In this document: positions 11,520 through 23,114 of the stretch, one piece after another
How the letters are laid out: each line of letters opens with the position of its first letter
Numbering within the stretch: position 1 is the first letter of the stretch
From: Anthoceros angustus
Taxonomy: Eukaryota; Plantae; Anthocerotophyta
DNA length: 64,000 nucleotides
Direction: 5' to 3'
Assembly: GCA_010909165.1 (NCBI GenBank)
Contig: MU008158.1
Span: 246,581-310,580 of the forward strand
The notes under the pieces: model-generated
The model's database searches: none
The model's input: the letters and a program-made list of their open reading frames with translations, nothing else
Told to the model about the DNA's origin: nothing
Position numbers and translations under genes: made by a program

Positions 11520-14500
11520 ATGGCCGTCCAGGAGGCTGTTCCTCAGCAGCCAGCTCGCTCCGCGTACCTGGCCAAGTCCGTGCTCAAGAGCAGCGTGGTG
11601 CGGCAGGCTGTCCAGGGCCACATCCGGCTGCCTACCAGCCTGGATGTTGTGCTTGGCAAGGTGTGTGGCTCCCTTCCAAAGATGCTTTCTGCTCAATTGC
11701 TGCTTGGCCCGTTTCATGTGCCTGCAGTGGTGAATTGAATTGGCCAATCTGGATGTCTTACGCGAGCTACGGGTTTCGAGGCTGTGTATTGGAATTTGGA
11801 TGGAATTTAGGTTTTTCCGCGTCGATGCGATCGTTGCGTGCGATGTTGGAGTGATCTGGATGTGCTGACGGTATGCATGTGGGTGCGTAGGAAACTGTTG
11901 TGGAGCTCGTGGTGGTTACTGAAAATGGAACGGTTCAGTCCGTTTGCGAGCAGTCTGTTTTTGGCAGCATCAGAGATCTTCGAGTTCTGCCATGGAATGA
12001 TCTGTATCAAAATCCGGGCTCTCAGGTCAGAGGGCTCTCCGATCTGTTGCATGAAAATTCTGGCTTTGCGAAGACATGTCATTTTATTGATTCGATTTCG
12101 TGGGAACTACAATTCAATGTACGCAGGCTGCTGGGAAGGATCTGTTGGTCCTTTTGTCTGATTCTGAGAAGCTCTCCTTCCTCACCTTCAGCATGGATCA
12201 GCACAGGTGTGTTCTTGCTTGGACGTGTCTGTATGGTACACATCGTGCTTTGGCACATGACCTTCACACCTTTCCATCTGTTGATTGGTACTTTATTTCT
12301 GGTTTGTGGGTAGGTTTGTGCCACTCTCCCACAGAGCATTGCCACAGTCGAACTTCTCCCTACGGGACTTGGGAAACCATCTGGCAGTACACCCTCGGTA
12401 AGTGATTAATTAGATTGGACCTTCTGGTGACACATGTGATCGTGAGCAAGCCACATATGGTTCTTTAAATACGTATGCATCTTGTTGGACACCTTTGTGC
12501 CGTTGCAGCTAGTTTCTGTGATTTAATTGCACAATCTAATTCGTCAAGGTGCTGTTTCCAGCTTGAAAGTTGTTTTTCTGCAATGACAGGCCAACATAGC
12601 TATTGGTAAGCAGTGAGTTTCTGAATGCACATGCTCTTGGAAATTGGAAGGACAGGGGCCGTGCAGTTGCTGTGGGGGCTTTTGAAGATAGACTGGCCAT
12701 CTTTCCCGCCAGTATTCAGGCAGGAAATGATATTGTGGAGCAGGTTTGTATTGGGCTTTGTATCTCGTGGTGGTGCTTTCAAGATTCTCCAGAATGTGTC
12801 AAAACGTCCCATAGGTGCTTTTTTTGCTGAAGTTCTGGATGTTTAACTGGATGGTCGGCAGATGATAGCCTTTCCACCATCTGTGTCAGTACTTGGGAGC
12901 ACGGAGGCAAGCATTAGGGGCGAGAGGCTGAGTCTGATGGGATGGGGTACAATCTGGAGCATGGCTTTTGTGAGCCTTACCGATGACTCTGCTTCAGGGC
13001 CTGAACAGGGATCAGAACTGCTCCTAGCTGTGCTGCTGCATAGGTTGGTGTCCACTCACTGCTAGTCAATTGTTCTTCTCTTTAGTGATACCTTGTTAGC
13101 TTTCTACCACTGACAAAGCAAAAGTTGCACCATGACAGGAGAGGAACAGGTCACCTTGAGCTGCAGATCCTGGTATGCGATACTGTGAGGCGCTCTATTA
13201 TGGTGTCCTGTCAATTCAATCCCTCGGCAGGCATTACACCTGGTCCTATTGCCTATAGCATATTGGATGTGCCAACTCTCCCTGGTTTTTTGATAATACT
13301 GAGGCATGGTGACCTTATGCTAGTTGATTTGCGATCTACCAAGAGCATTAGAACAGTTGCTGTTGTCAAACTGGCTGACGATGGAAGCATGGGAGATAGT
13401 GGAGCTCATCCTGGCAAACGGTTGGGGGATGATGAAATAAATTTTAATGCTGCAGCATCTGCGTTGTTGCTTCTCACTCGGGATGCTGATAGTAGTGCCA
13501 GTATATATACTGGTGATGGTGGGAAGTCTGTAGAAGCACCACTAGGTGGTGCTTCTACCCCATGCTTGGATCAGGTTCCAGCACCGTATGTCAATGCCTG
13601 GACTTGGGAACCAGGTCACAGCCAATCAAGGCTGATAATGGGATTGGATTCAGGCCACATTTATGCTGCAAAGATCAGCGCTGAGAGACCTGATATAGTA
13701 GTTGGCAGAGTTGAGTACACATGTGCTCCGTCAAGTATACTTTTGTGGACCAAAGGAAGTTTTCTTCTTGTATTTATCCACATGGGGGATGGGCAGGTCC
13801 TTCAAGTCACAAATGCTGGGTTGACGTTCAAGAGCTTCATCCCAGACATCGCTCCAACACTAGACTTTACACTTGTGAATTTTCCTGGTAGGAAGGAGGA
13901 TCACATATTCACATGCAGCGGTGCTGGAAGAGAAGGCTCGATACGAGTTATACGCAATGGACTAAGTGTTGAAAGGCTTCTTAGTACTCCAGCTAGCTAC
14001 ACTGGTGTGACGAACATATGGACTATACGCATGCATCGTGGTGATGTAAATCATGCTTTCTTGGTCATTTCTTTTGTCGGAGAGACAAGGGTGTTGTCTG
14101 TAGGACTGAGCTTTGTAGATATTACGGATGATGTTGGGTTTGATCCCTTTGCCAGAACATTATCATGTGGTAGGATGGAGGATGGATGGGTTGCACAGAT
14201 ATGCAACAGAGAAGTTCGCTTATGTGCCCCTACCTCAGCAGCACATCTGGGAGGGCTCATCTGTGAGTTACCAGCTGTGTCATTGTGGAATCCAGGAGCT
14301 CTATGCATTAGCCTAGGTGCTGTGGCTCAGGGCAAAATAATTTTGGCTTTGTCACATCCAGGGTTGGTTGTAATGCTAGGGAGCAGCATACTAGGGAATG
14401 GCTTACTCCAATTGGTTGAACTTCAGCGATGCCAGCTTGCAGCAGAAATTTCCTCTATATGTATTCCTGATGAGGAAAAGTTGGGGTGGTCACCAGTGCC

Positions 14501-17500
14501 ACCATCACTTGTGGGCTTGACAGAGGGCAATTGGGAACAAGGTTTCCCAAGTGGTGTTGAAGTGGGCAATGTATGTGTTGTTGGTACTCACAAGCCGTCT
14601 GTGGAGCTCCTGTCCATGGTTCCAGGAGAAGGCTTTTGCCAACTTGCCACTGCTGCAGTAAAATTACTGAATCCAAATGGTACGCCATTGGGTGGCTGTG
14701 TACCAGAATGTGTGAGGCTTGCTGTTTCTGACTGCGTATATATACTTGCTGGTTTGCGAAATGGCTTCCTGCTCCGATATGAGTGGACACTTGTAGCAAC
14801 TCGAGTATCGGCAAACCAGGCTCTGGCAGCAGCAGAGTCTAGGTGCTCAAGAGTTGAAACTTCATTTGATGGTTCTCCACGCAGGGAAAGGAGTTTTGTG
14901 GGGCAGAACAAGTCAAGCAAAGTGGATGACAGGTCAAAGCCTGTGCAGTTGCATCTTGTATCTGTACGCCGCATTGGTATATCCCCTGTTTCTCTCATTC
15001 CTCTCACAGCTTCTTTACGATCGGATATACTTATTTTAGGTGATCGACCATGGCTGCTGCAAACAGCAAGACAGACCAGACAAATTTGGTACACATCTAT
15101 TTCTTTCCAGCCATCGACTTGTGCAACCCCTGTTAGCATGCAGGAATGTCACGATGGGATCTTGTTTGTTGCTGACTGCGGCTTACATTTGGTGCGTTCA
15201 AAACTCTCTGCTGGAGGTTATAATTCTGCACCCCTCATCGTTATATTTTCCATATTGTTAGTCTAATCCTATCATGTATTCAACAGGTTGAGTTGGATCA
15301 TGCAAGACTAAATGGTCAAAGGCTATCGTTGGGAAAGATGCCTTGGCGAGTGAAATATCATGCTACTTCAAACACATTGTTGGTGATAAGGCCAGTTGAT
15401 GGTGATGGACATGCTTCTGACATCTGTTGTGTCGACCCAGTTATTGGCACACTGCATTGCTGTTACAAGCTAGACCCTGGGGAAATAGCCAGATCCATCA
15501 CTATCTGGAAGCTTGGACATGATGAAGTTATTGTCATTGGCACGTCCCTTAATACTGGTCCAATTGTACTTCCCAATGGTGAACCAGAGAGGTGCTGCCT
15601 CAGCCACACCCATTACTTTGGAGTTTGGTTGATGCTGGCTTTTTGGAATGTTCGATTCTCATTGACATCAAAGCTGTCCGTTTTTCTTCATGTTTGGATC
15701 TGTTGAAGCTTTGCATGATCATAGGTTTTGATAATTACCCCATGGTGCAGTGGTAAAGGTCGTATTCTTGTCTTCCAACTACGACCAAGACATTCCGGCG
15801 GCAGTGTTACGTTGTCAGGCCCTCCTCCTGACGATTGTATGTCTGAGTCTTGGCCGGGCTCTGAAGGGGTTGGCAGAGATGTGCATATGCTTTCCGAAAG
15901 TGAAGGGTGGGAGCTGATTTTAAGAAGTCAGCAAGTTCTTTCAGGGGTAGTTCTCGCTGTTTGCCCATACATGGGTCAATATCTGTTAGCATCTGCTGGA
16001 AATGCTGTAAGTATGCAAACTGAAACCTTTTGTCTTTCATCTTCTCATCCGTTACCTTGCTTTCATAGTTTGCTAGTTTGTGACCATATGTTCTGACTCT
16101 TATGAATGACAAAGGTTGAAACTTTGAGCAGTTGTTCTAAGCAATTTCATCTGTTCATGAACTTATTTGTAGATACTCTTTTTCTGTCATGTGGCCCGCA
16201 GCTTTGCTGCTTAGGACTTAGGCAGGATGGATCACAACGTTTGAGGCGTCTTGCTGTAGTGAGGACTAGGTTTATGATCACTAGCATCTCTGTTCACCTC
16301 ATGCGAATTGCAGTCGGTGACTGTTGCGATGGAGTCCTCCTGTATTCTTTCCGAGAGGTTCGACATGTAATTTTCTTTTCCTTGTTGCTCATGCAAGTGT
16401 CTAGTGGCCATGGGTGGGTGCTCTCACCGTATCAGGATTGCAGCTTATACTGAACTCTGAACTGTATGTTGACAGGATGATAGTAGACTAGAGCTATTGT
16501 ACTGTGATCCGGGTAGGCGACTTGTTTCTAGTTGTGCTCTTATTGACGAGGAAACAGTTATGGCAACGGATTGGCATGGGGGCTTTTGTTCTTTAACTTG
16601 TGCTCATAGTGCTGAAGGTAATTGTGTGCACGAAGTGGTGCTTGAAGTTGGTTTGACCAGAGACTCTCTCAGTTCAGGATATACACTAATTGTTCAGGAA
16701 ACGTTACTACGTCGATGGTGGCTTGCAGCAGTTCTTACCGTTTGTATGGTTTGTAGGTGTGAATCCTGAGCGCAATCTCATTGTAACTTCCTGGTACAAT
16801 ATGGGTGAGACTGTGACAAGCATGTGCAAGGTAAGGCTTGTACTGATATTTAATAATTAGTGAATTGGCACAAAAACTTGTAGTAATAACAATAGTGGAA
16901 TTATCACTGGTTAGTAGTACACTACCATGCCGTTTCACGGTTCAGACTATGTACTCCCATTTTGCTCGCCGCTACGATAGAGAAACCCTTTTGCTTTCTT
17001 TTCCTCTTCCTCTGGCTTCTATGATGTTTGAGTTCGCCAAGTTGTCCCTTGCCTACTAGGGAATTCAGTTCAAAGGTTTAAAAATATATCATATAAGATA
17101 GATGTCATATTAGTTTAAAATAAATTTTAGTAAATATGTAGATTTTTTTCTGCACGAACGACTGGTGCCTGACTCGATTGCTGTGACAATTCCACTGTCG
17201 TTTTGAACTGCAGGGCTCTTTCTCTTACAGGATGTCTATGGAAGGAAAGGCAAGGGCTTACATCGGCAGCTCTAGCAGCAATCTCCCGTTTACTGCCGGG
17301 AGCTCGTCTGTAGTGGCTTGCTCAGCTCTGGGCAGCATCCTTATTTTCCTGAGGCTAACAAGGTGCTCTTCAATCATTGTTGTCGGGAGGAGAGGAATAT
17401 GGAGATTTGGGATTAAGAGTTTACAATGAAATGTATGGTCCTCTTGTGCAGTGAGGAGTACGACCTATTGAAAGAGGTGCAGTCAAGGCTTGCCGTTTAC

Positions 17501-17875
17501 CCCCCCACTGCCCCTTTGCTCGGCAATGATCATGCTGCTTTCCGGAGCAAGGGCTGTCCAGTAAGTTTCTCGCTTTGATTGGACGATGTTCTGTATCTGG
17601 AAGTTTGCTCATTTGATACTAGAGCTAGTGATGTACATCTTACTTGGCAGAAAATTTCTGTGGTCTCACAGGCGGGAGCAGATGAAGTGCTGGACGGTGA
17701 CATGCTGTGGCAATTTTTGGAGTTGACGAGTGCTCAGCAACAAGCAGTCTTGTCTTTGCAGCCACCTAAGTTCCCTGGAGTTCACAAAGCACACCACCTC
17801 TCTTCCATGCACTCGAAGCTGTCTTTGGATCAGGTTCTACGAGTACTTGATGGGGTTCACAATCTTGTCACATAA
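11520..17875 (+). CDS. SF3B3/RSE1/DDB1/CPSF-A-family triple beta-propeller protein (At3g11960-like), multi-exon with a ~2-kb central exon
   Basis: YLAKSVLKSSVV..GHIR, VCEQSVFGSIRDL, DLLVLLSDS, AVAVGAFEDRLA, GSIRVIRNGLSVE, SFVGETRVLSVG, VGTHKPSVEL, VLDGDMLWQFLELTSAQQQAVL; GT-AG introns. Confidence 0.85.
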
Positions 17876-19434
17876 ATTCCCAGTTCCGTCTGGACTCGGA
17901 TTGTACAGACCAGAGTTCGACCACCGTGGCCAGATTGTTCTAGAAGGATGTATATTATCACGAGAGTGTACTACGTATGTACCATACAAAACCTCGCACG
18001 AAATGATAACTTCGATTCTTGGAAACAACAGTTGTACGAGCTTTTCCTTGCCCGGTCGACACGGACCCGGAACTTGGAAGTCAGGAGCGTTGGACAGTTC
18101 ACGTCCGGCAAGCCCCGCGCCGGGAGTCGGAGTCCTAGACCCCTGGAAAGAGCTTGCCACGTCCCACAGCTGCCTGTCTGAATGGTGGCTGTGCTGAATG
18201 TCCACTGTTCTTTGCCTTCGGCTAGTAGTGTGTGGAAGTCATGGGCTTTTACAAGCCAGCTGACCGTAAAATTGGGGGTATAGCTGCTCAAGTGATAAAG
18301 TGGAATAATGTTCATTTGGACGTCAAGACAATTATTTGATTATCATGAAGGCTTAGCCCTTCGCGTCAAGACATCTATGACATTTTGTGTTTGTATAAGA
18401 ATGTGAAGGTAAGAAGTAAGAGAGGAGCTCAAGCTCCTAACTTGGCGGATTCAGACACAGTGCAAGTTATAAATGCCTCATGTCATGGAGCAACCGACTC
18501 AAGTCACACAACAATATGTGGCAGAGCAATAGGACGAAATGTCTCACCACCCGGAGTCAGAACATAAAGAAACATATTTTTCACAAACCCCTCTTTGCAA
18601 ATGATACAAAGAACTTATAGCTTGGTGGATCATTAGCTGGGAATCTTCCTCTTCGTCATCATCTTAATCAACATCTAAGGAAGAGGCAAGTCTCTTCTTC
18701 GGCTTGATACTTACCTTTAGTATCGAAGCAAACATGAGTTCATTGCATAATTGCATCTGGGTAGAAATAGGTTCTTCCAAGAACTCTTTTTTGCACATGG
18801 ACTTCCACAAACCCCAAATTGCAAGCCAAAAATCCGCACTAAAACGGCAATTCTGAAGAATTCAGGTCTTTATTTACGTGTGTACAAGTGTATTTGATTT
18901 TAAAATCTATCAAATTATGATATCTTCTAAAAGAAGATCATTCTCATGTCCGGCACGTGTACAAATATTTAGAATTTTTAGGGCCCATGTTGTGATTCCG
19001 GTGTGCAAATTTATATCTTTCACTTGCGCCAGTCAATCCTTAGACTATACTCTCACTCTCAGTCATTAGGATGATAATATCTTCGTTGGCTTGATGCTCT
19101 TGATCCACGTATAGTACAATAATGAGATTGATATGGTCTGCACTTAGAGCTGGGCCCACATCAAACGTCTCAAGATCCAAAAGATGCAAAAGGTCCTTAC
19201 TACTAGTTTAAAATTTTGATCACGACAAAAAAGATGAGGGCCAAGTCAAGATGAGGACATATTCATATTAGGAAGGTGTACAAAAAGGGTTGAAAAAGCC
19301 AAACTTTTTGCACTCTTTTCGTATTTATTTTTAGCTTTTTTTTAAGAATTGTTTTGGAATTTTTTGCTCATTTGTTTTAGGAATAACCATACAGGAATGC
19401 AATGGGGGGCGTGAACCCGTACAATTCATGCCCG

Positions 19435-19822
19435 TAGAGCCTTCTTGACCTCAGGCCAAGTGCGCGCGGACGTGGCCTTCTTCGCCAAGGTGCATACAGG
19501 CGCACTAGGGCCTTCTTGCCCTAAGGTGCGCGCACTTCTGCGTGCACCTTAGGCCCCTTGCCCCAAAGTACGTGTACAAGTGTGCGCACCTGGGCCCCCT
19601 TGCCCCATGCTGTGCGCACCAAGGCCTTCTTGCCCAAATGTGTGCACATTAGGCTTCCCCCCAGGCCAAGCAGGGCCTTCTTGCCCCTGTGCGCACTGTG
19701 GCCTTTTTCCCCAGGCGCGACTAGGGCCTTCCCGCCTCAGCACACCAAGGCCTTCTTGCCCCTAGGCACGCTCACCAGGGCCTTCTTGCCCCCAGGCGCG
19801 CGCACCTGGGCCTTCTTGCCCT
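19435..19822 (+). repeat. Degenerate minisatellite: about 13 copies of GGCCTTCTTGCCC with variable GC-rich linkers (probably TE-internal)
   Basis: Motif recurs every ~22-45 bp; linkers are related to each other (GCGCGCAC-like). Confidence 0.75.
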
Positions 19823-20934
19823 CATTTTGTGCAAACAAGCTTTCACACTGCCACGTTGCGTTTGCAAACTTGTTTGCACGCTCATCTCGTTCTGTCCGTT
19901 TTTCAACAGAAATGCTTAGCATGATAATTTTTGAAGGGGGGGAATATAGTAACCCCCTTTGGTCAAAACAACACCCCCTTATCACATTTTACACCCTTCC
20001 TACGATAGCATTAATCTCTCTGGCAGTCCAAGAGAAGAGTGAATGTTGTACGTCCGGTTCCAGACGTTACCGTATTTTGGAAATACCTTGTCCGTGGCTT
20101 TTGTTGTGTCCTTACTACACCATATTTTCCTTCCAAAACTGAATTTACGGTCGTCCCTTCCCGGCAAAAACGGCCTTCCTTACAGGTCCCACTTTGTATT
20201 AATCCCATAGGTTCGAGTTTGCGACCACCATTGGACAGAAACATTGCTGGTAGGAAAGTTTACTGGGTGACACCCTTTTTTTCGAAGATGTTTTCCGGAA
20301 TGACTAATAAATGCTGTTTTAGGGCCCATAAAAAACCCCCTTCAGAGATTATTTACGGAAAACCCCTATCGAGATTATTCACCCCCTTCAAAAATTATGG
20401 TGTTGCTTGTATGTGATAAACGGTAGACATGCAGAAATAGCTTGTAACTGACGATCCTGATTATCTTCATCCCTTCAAAATTGCGGTGCTCACCCATGAA
20501 TGGGGCATAATGTGCCCGAAGGAACATGTAAGGTGTGGCGGTGCGGGTTTGAACACCACATTTAAATTAGCAAACGCCCTCAAAAAAGCCTAAAAAAAAG
20601 CGAATGCACATTTTTGCCCAAAAAAAGACGGGATTCTAGCCATCACCTTTTTTAGCCGGAGAAATGATCGAAAGCATCCTAGTTTTAAGGTATGAGCTGA
20701 ACTAAAATGATTGAAAACTAGGTGGTTCCCAACCATAACCATTTTGGTTGGGAAGGCCACCATGAGTCCGTTCGGATCCTAAATATTTTTAAGTTATTAG
20801 GAGCCTGCAATACTAATCTAGAAACATAACAAAATGTACACTACAGGGACTTTCCAAGAGGCTAAAAAAAGCAAGAGGGTGCAGCACCCCAGCCCAAGTG
20901 CGCTTTGAGTTGCGGAGTTCTCATGGGTTCCAAT

Positions 20935-21127
20935 ATAGTAGAAGAAGACGAGGAATTCTATTACATATAATCCACTCTTAATGAAAATGGCAAAAAAGAA
21001 AAACAGATCTATTATGATGCACTAAGGATGAAAATGGTAGAAGAAAAAGAAAAATTCTATAATAATCCATTGAGGATAGAAATGGTAGAAGAAAAAGAAT
21101 AATTCTATTACAGTTCACTAAGGTTGG
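20935..21127 (+). repeat. About four copies of a ~48-bp tandem repeat
   Basis: AAATGGTAGAAGAAAAAGAA..TTCTAT..A..CACT.AGGAT recurs four times. Confidence 0.65.
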
Positions 21128-21828
21128 CACTTTTGTCATTGGACCTCATTTAAGTATGTAGAGAGAGGGGGCACCCTTGGTATAAATAGCTTAGACACAT
21201 GCCCAAGATGCACTTTATTGAAACGGCTTTGTCCATTTAACCTAAGCCATTTGGACACTCCACTACTCTAAACCTTGGTATTACCCCAGCATGTCCAATC
21301 TGGTTTTTCATGTTCTTTTTCTTTTACCGTGCCCCCACTGTAGATGTCATCAATCCGACATTCTACCAACTAGAAAACAAGACCTCCAATCTGCCATTCT
21401 ACCAATTAAAAAACGAGGCCTCACCTTATTGCAGAAGATATATGATATAAAATATTGTAGGTTGGACATTTTGCAAGGTATGATCAACCTTATACACAAA
21501 AAAATAAAATGCTTGGTTATTTGTACCCCCAACTAAAAAACGAGACCTCACCTTAATATTGCGAAAGATATATGCTATAAAGAATCGTAGGTTAGACATT
21601 TTTCCAGGTATGATCAATCTTGCAGAAAAATAAAATCCTTGATTTTTTTTTCTAGGGATGTATAATCATAAACGAGAGACAAATTAAAAAAACATTGAGG
21701 GTCTATATATGTAATGGTTCCCTATTCTTCAAGAACATTACTGCATACATCCTGAGTTTCACTTAAGTGCACCAAGTTATTTTAAGGTGTCTAGAACTCT
21801 AGAAGAAAAACGATTCGTGGCATGAAAA

Positions 21829-22600
21829 ATGAAAAATACTCAAAGTTCTTATAAACATTATCAGCGGTACCAAATGGCTAATATTTCGAGGGAATTATCG
21901 GAGGCAACACAGATGCCACTTAAGAACCGTATATATAGACGATTTGGGAAGCGCATATATAGAAATATTACCACTTCTCCACGGAATTTTGCAAAGTCAT
22001 TTCTTGCATCTATTTTAACAATGGTTGTTCACTCACATTGAGTTAGTCTCATTATGCAGTTAATTGAGTTCATACATTAGAAAAAATTGATATATTATGC
22101 ATACACATATCTGCGGCTCATCAATAATCTTGGTTGCATGGTTCCAGATCAAACAAACACCGAACAACATTCTTGTGAGGGTAACTATTTTAAGTAGCCC
22201 AGGAGCTCTTATATTTCCCATAAATACTGGCATGTTGGTAGAACACCTGATCAAGAAAGCCCTTTTTGAATATAAACGAGAGAAAAGATATCCAGCTCTT
22301 GAGAGTAGTAGCAAGCAATTTAGCTTGCATGTTAATCATTATTCAGAAGGTAACCACTATGCATCTTGAAAGTACTAGTGAACAATTCATCTTGCATATT
22401 TATCGTTATTCGAAACATAATCACTATGCACAATTAAGAAAAAAAATGAGAACTTACTTTACCAATTTTGTTGTTTGTATAGTTCCCTAATACCTGAGTT
22501 GTTTGTGTTCAAATCGATAGCTTTCGATAAAATGTTGAAGATTGACGATTTGGAAACAAGGACCTTTGTAATTCTTCGCAAGAAAATGACTATGTATTAG
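21829..22600 (+). CDS. Small At4g22758/DUF7054-like protein (exons ~21829-22023, 22148-22349, 22521-22600)
   Basis: Exon 2 NILVRVTILSSPGALIFPINTGMLVEHLIKKALFEYKREKRYPALESSSKQFSLH and exon 3 EAFDKMLKIDDLETRTFVILRKK match the family pattern (VTVxxSxGP...LIxxALxxYxxExRxPxL...FxLH...RxFxLxKK). Splice phases are compatible. Exon 1 is less certain. Confidence 0.65.
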
Positions 22601-23114
22601 TGGTGCCTTAGATCTAGCCCCAAAATAATGCCTGCACCACATATATTTAAAAGTGGGCTGTATAAATACATAAAAATAATTTAAATTATCATTACATCAA
22701 AATTATATAAGTTGATCATATCAGGGTTAAATTTTGTGATATTTTAAACTTTGCGACTACATTTACTTAAACATTTACTGGGTACATGTCTGAAAGTTCG
22801 CTTGAAAAGTGATCGCAATATTGTAACTCCACGATAGTAGGGTAATTAATATTTTTTGCTAATTTATAAGATCTATGTATTTTATATTTAATAATTAAAT
22901 TAGTATTAAAAATGAGTGATATATTACATTCAAGAGAATATAAAAATAACTAGTTTCAAATAGTTTGCAATCTCAATAGACCATACTAGCATTTTCCTTC
23001 GGTCCTTCCAAAGAATTGGTACTCCCTTCTCACTTATTTACGTCTAGTGCACCCAAGTTGTCCTCCTTTACTTTATCAATTGATTAATCACTTCAAAAAA
23101 TAGATCTGTTAATT

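Noticed and set aside
7959-17875. Two splicing-related genes flanking LHCA1 as a functional cluster
   Set aside because: Ordinary housekeeping adjacency in a gene-dense genome; no supporting signal.
19435-19822. Repeat-spacer-like array resembling CRISPR
   Set aside because: Repeats are short and degenerate, the spacers are related to each other, there are no cas genes, and the context is eukaryotic. It is a minisatellite.
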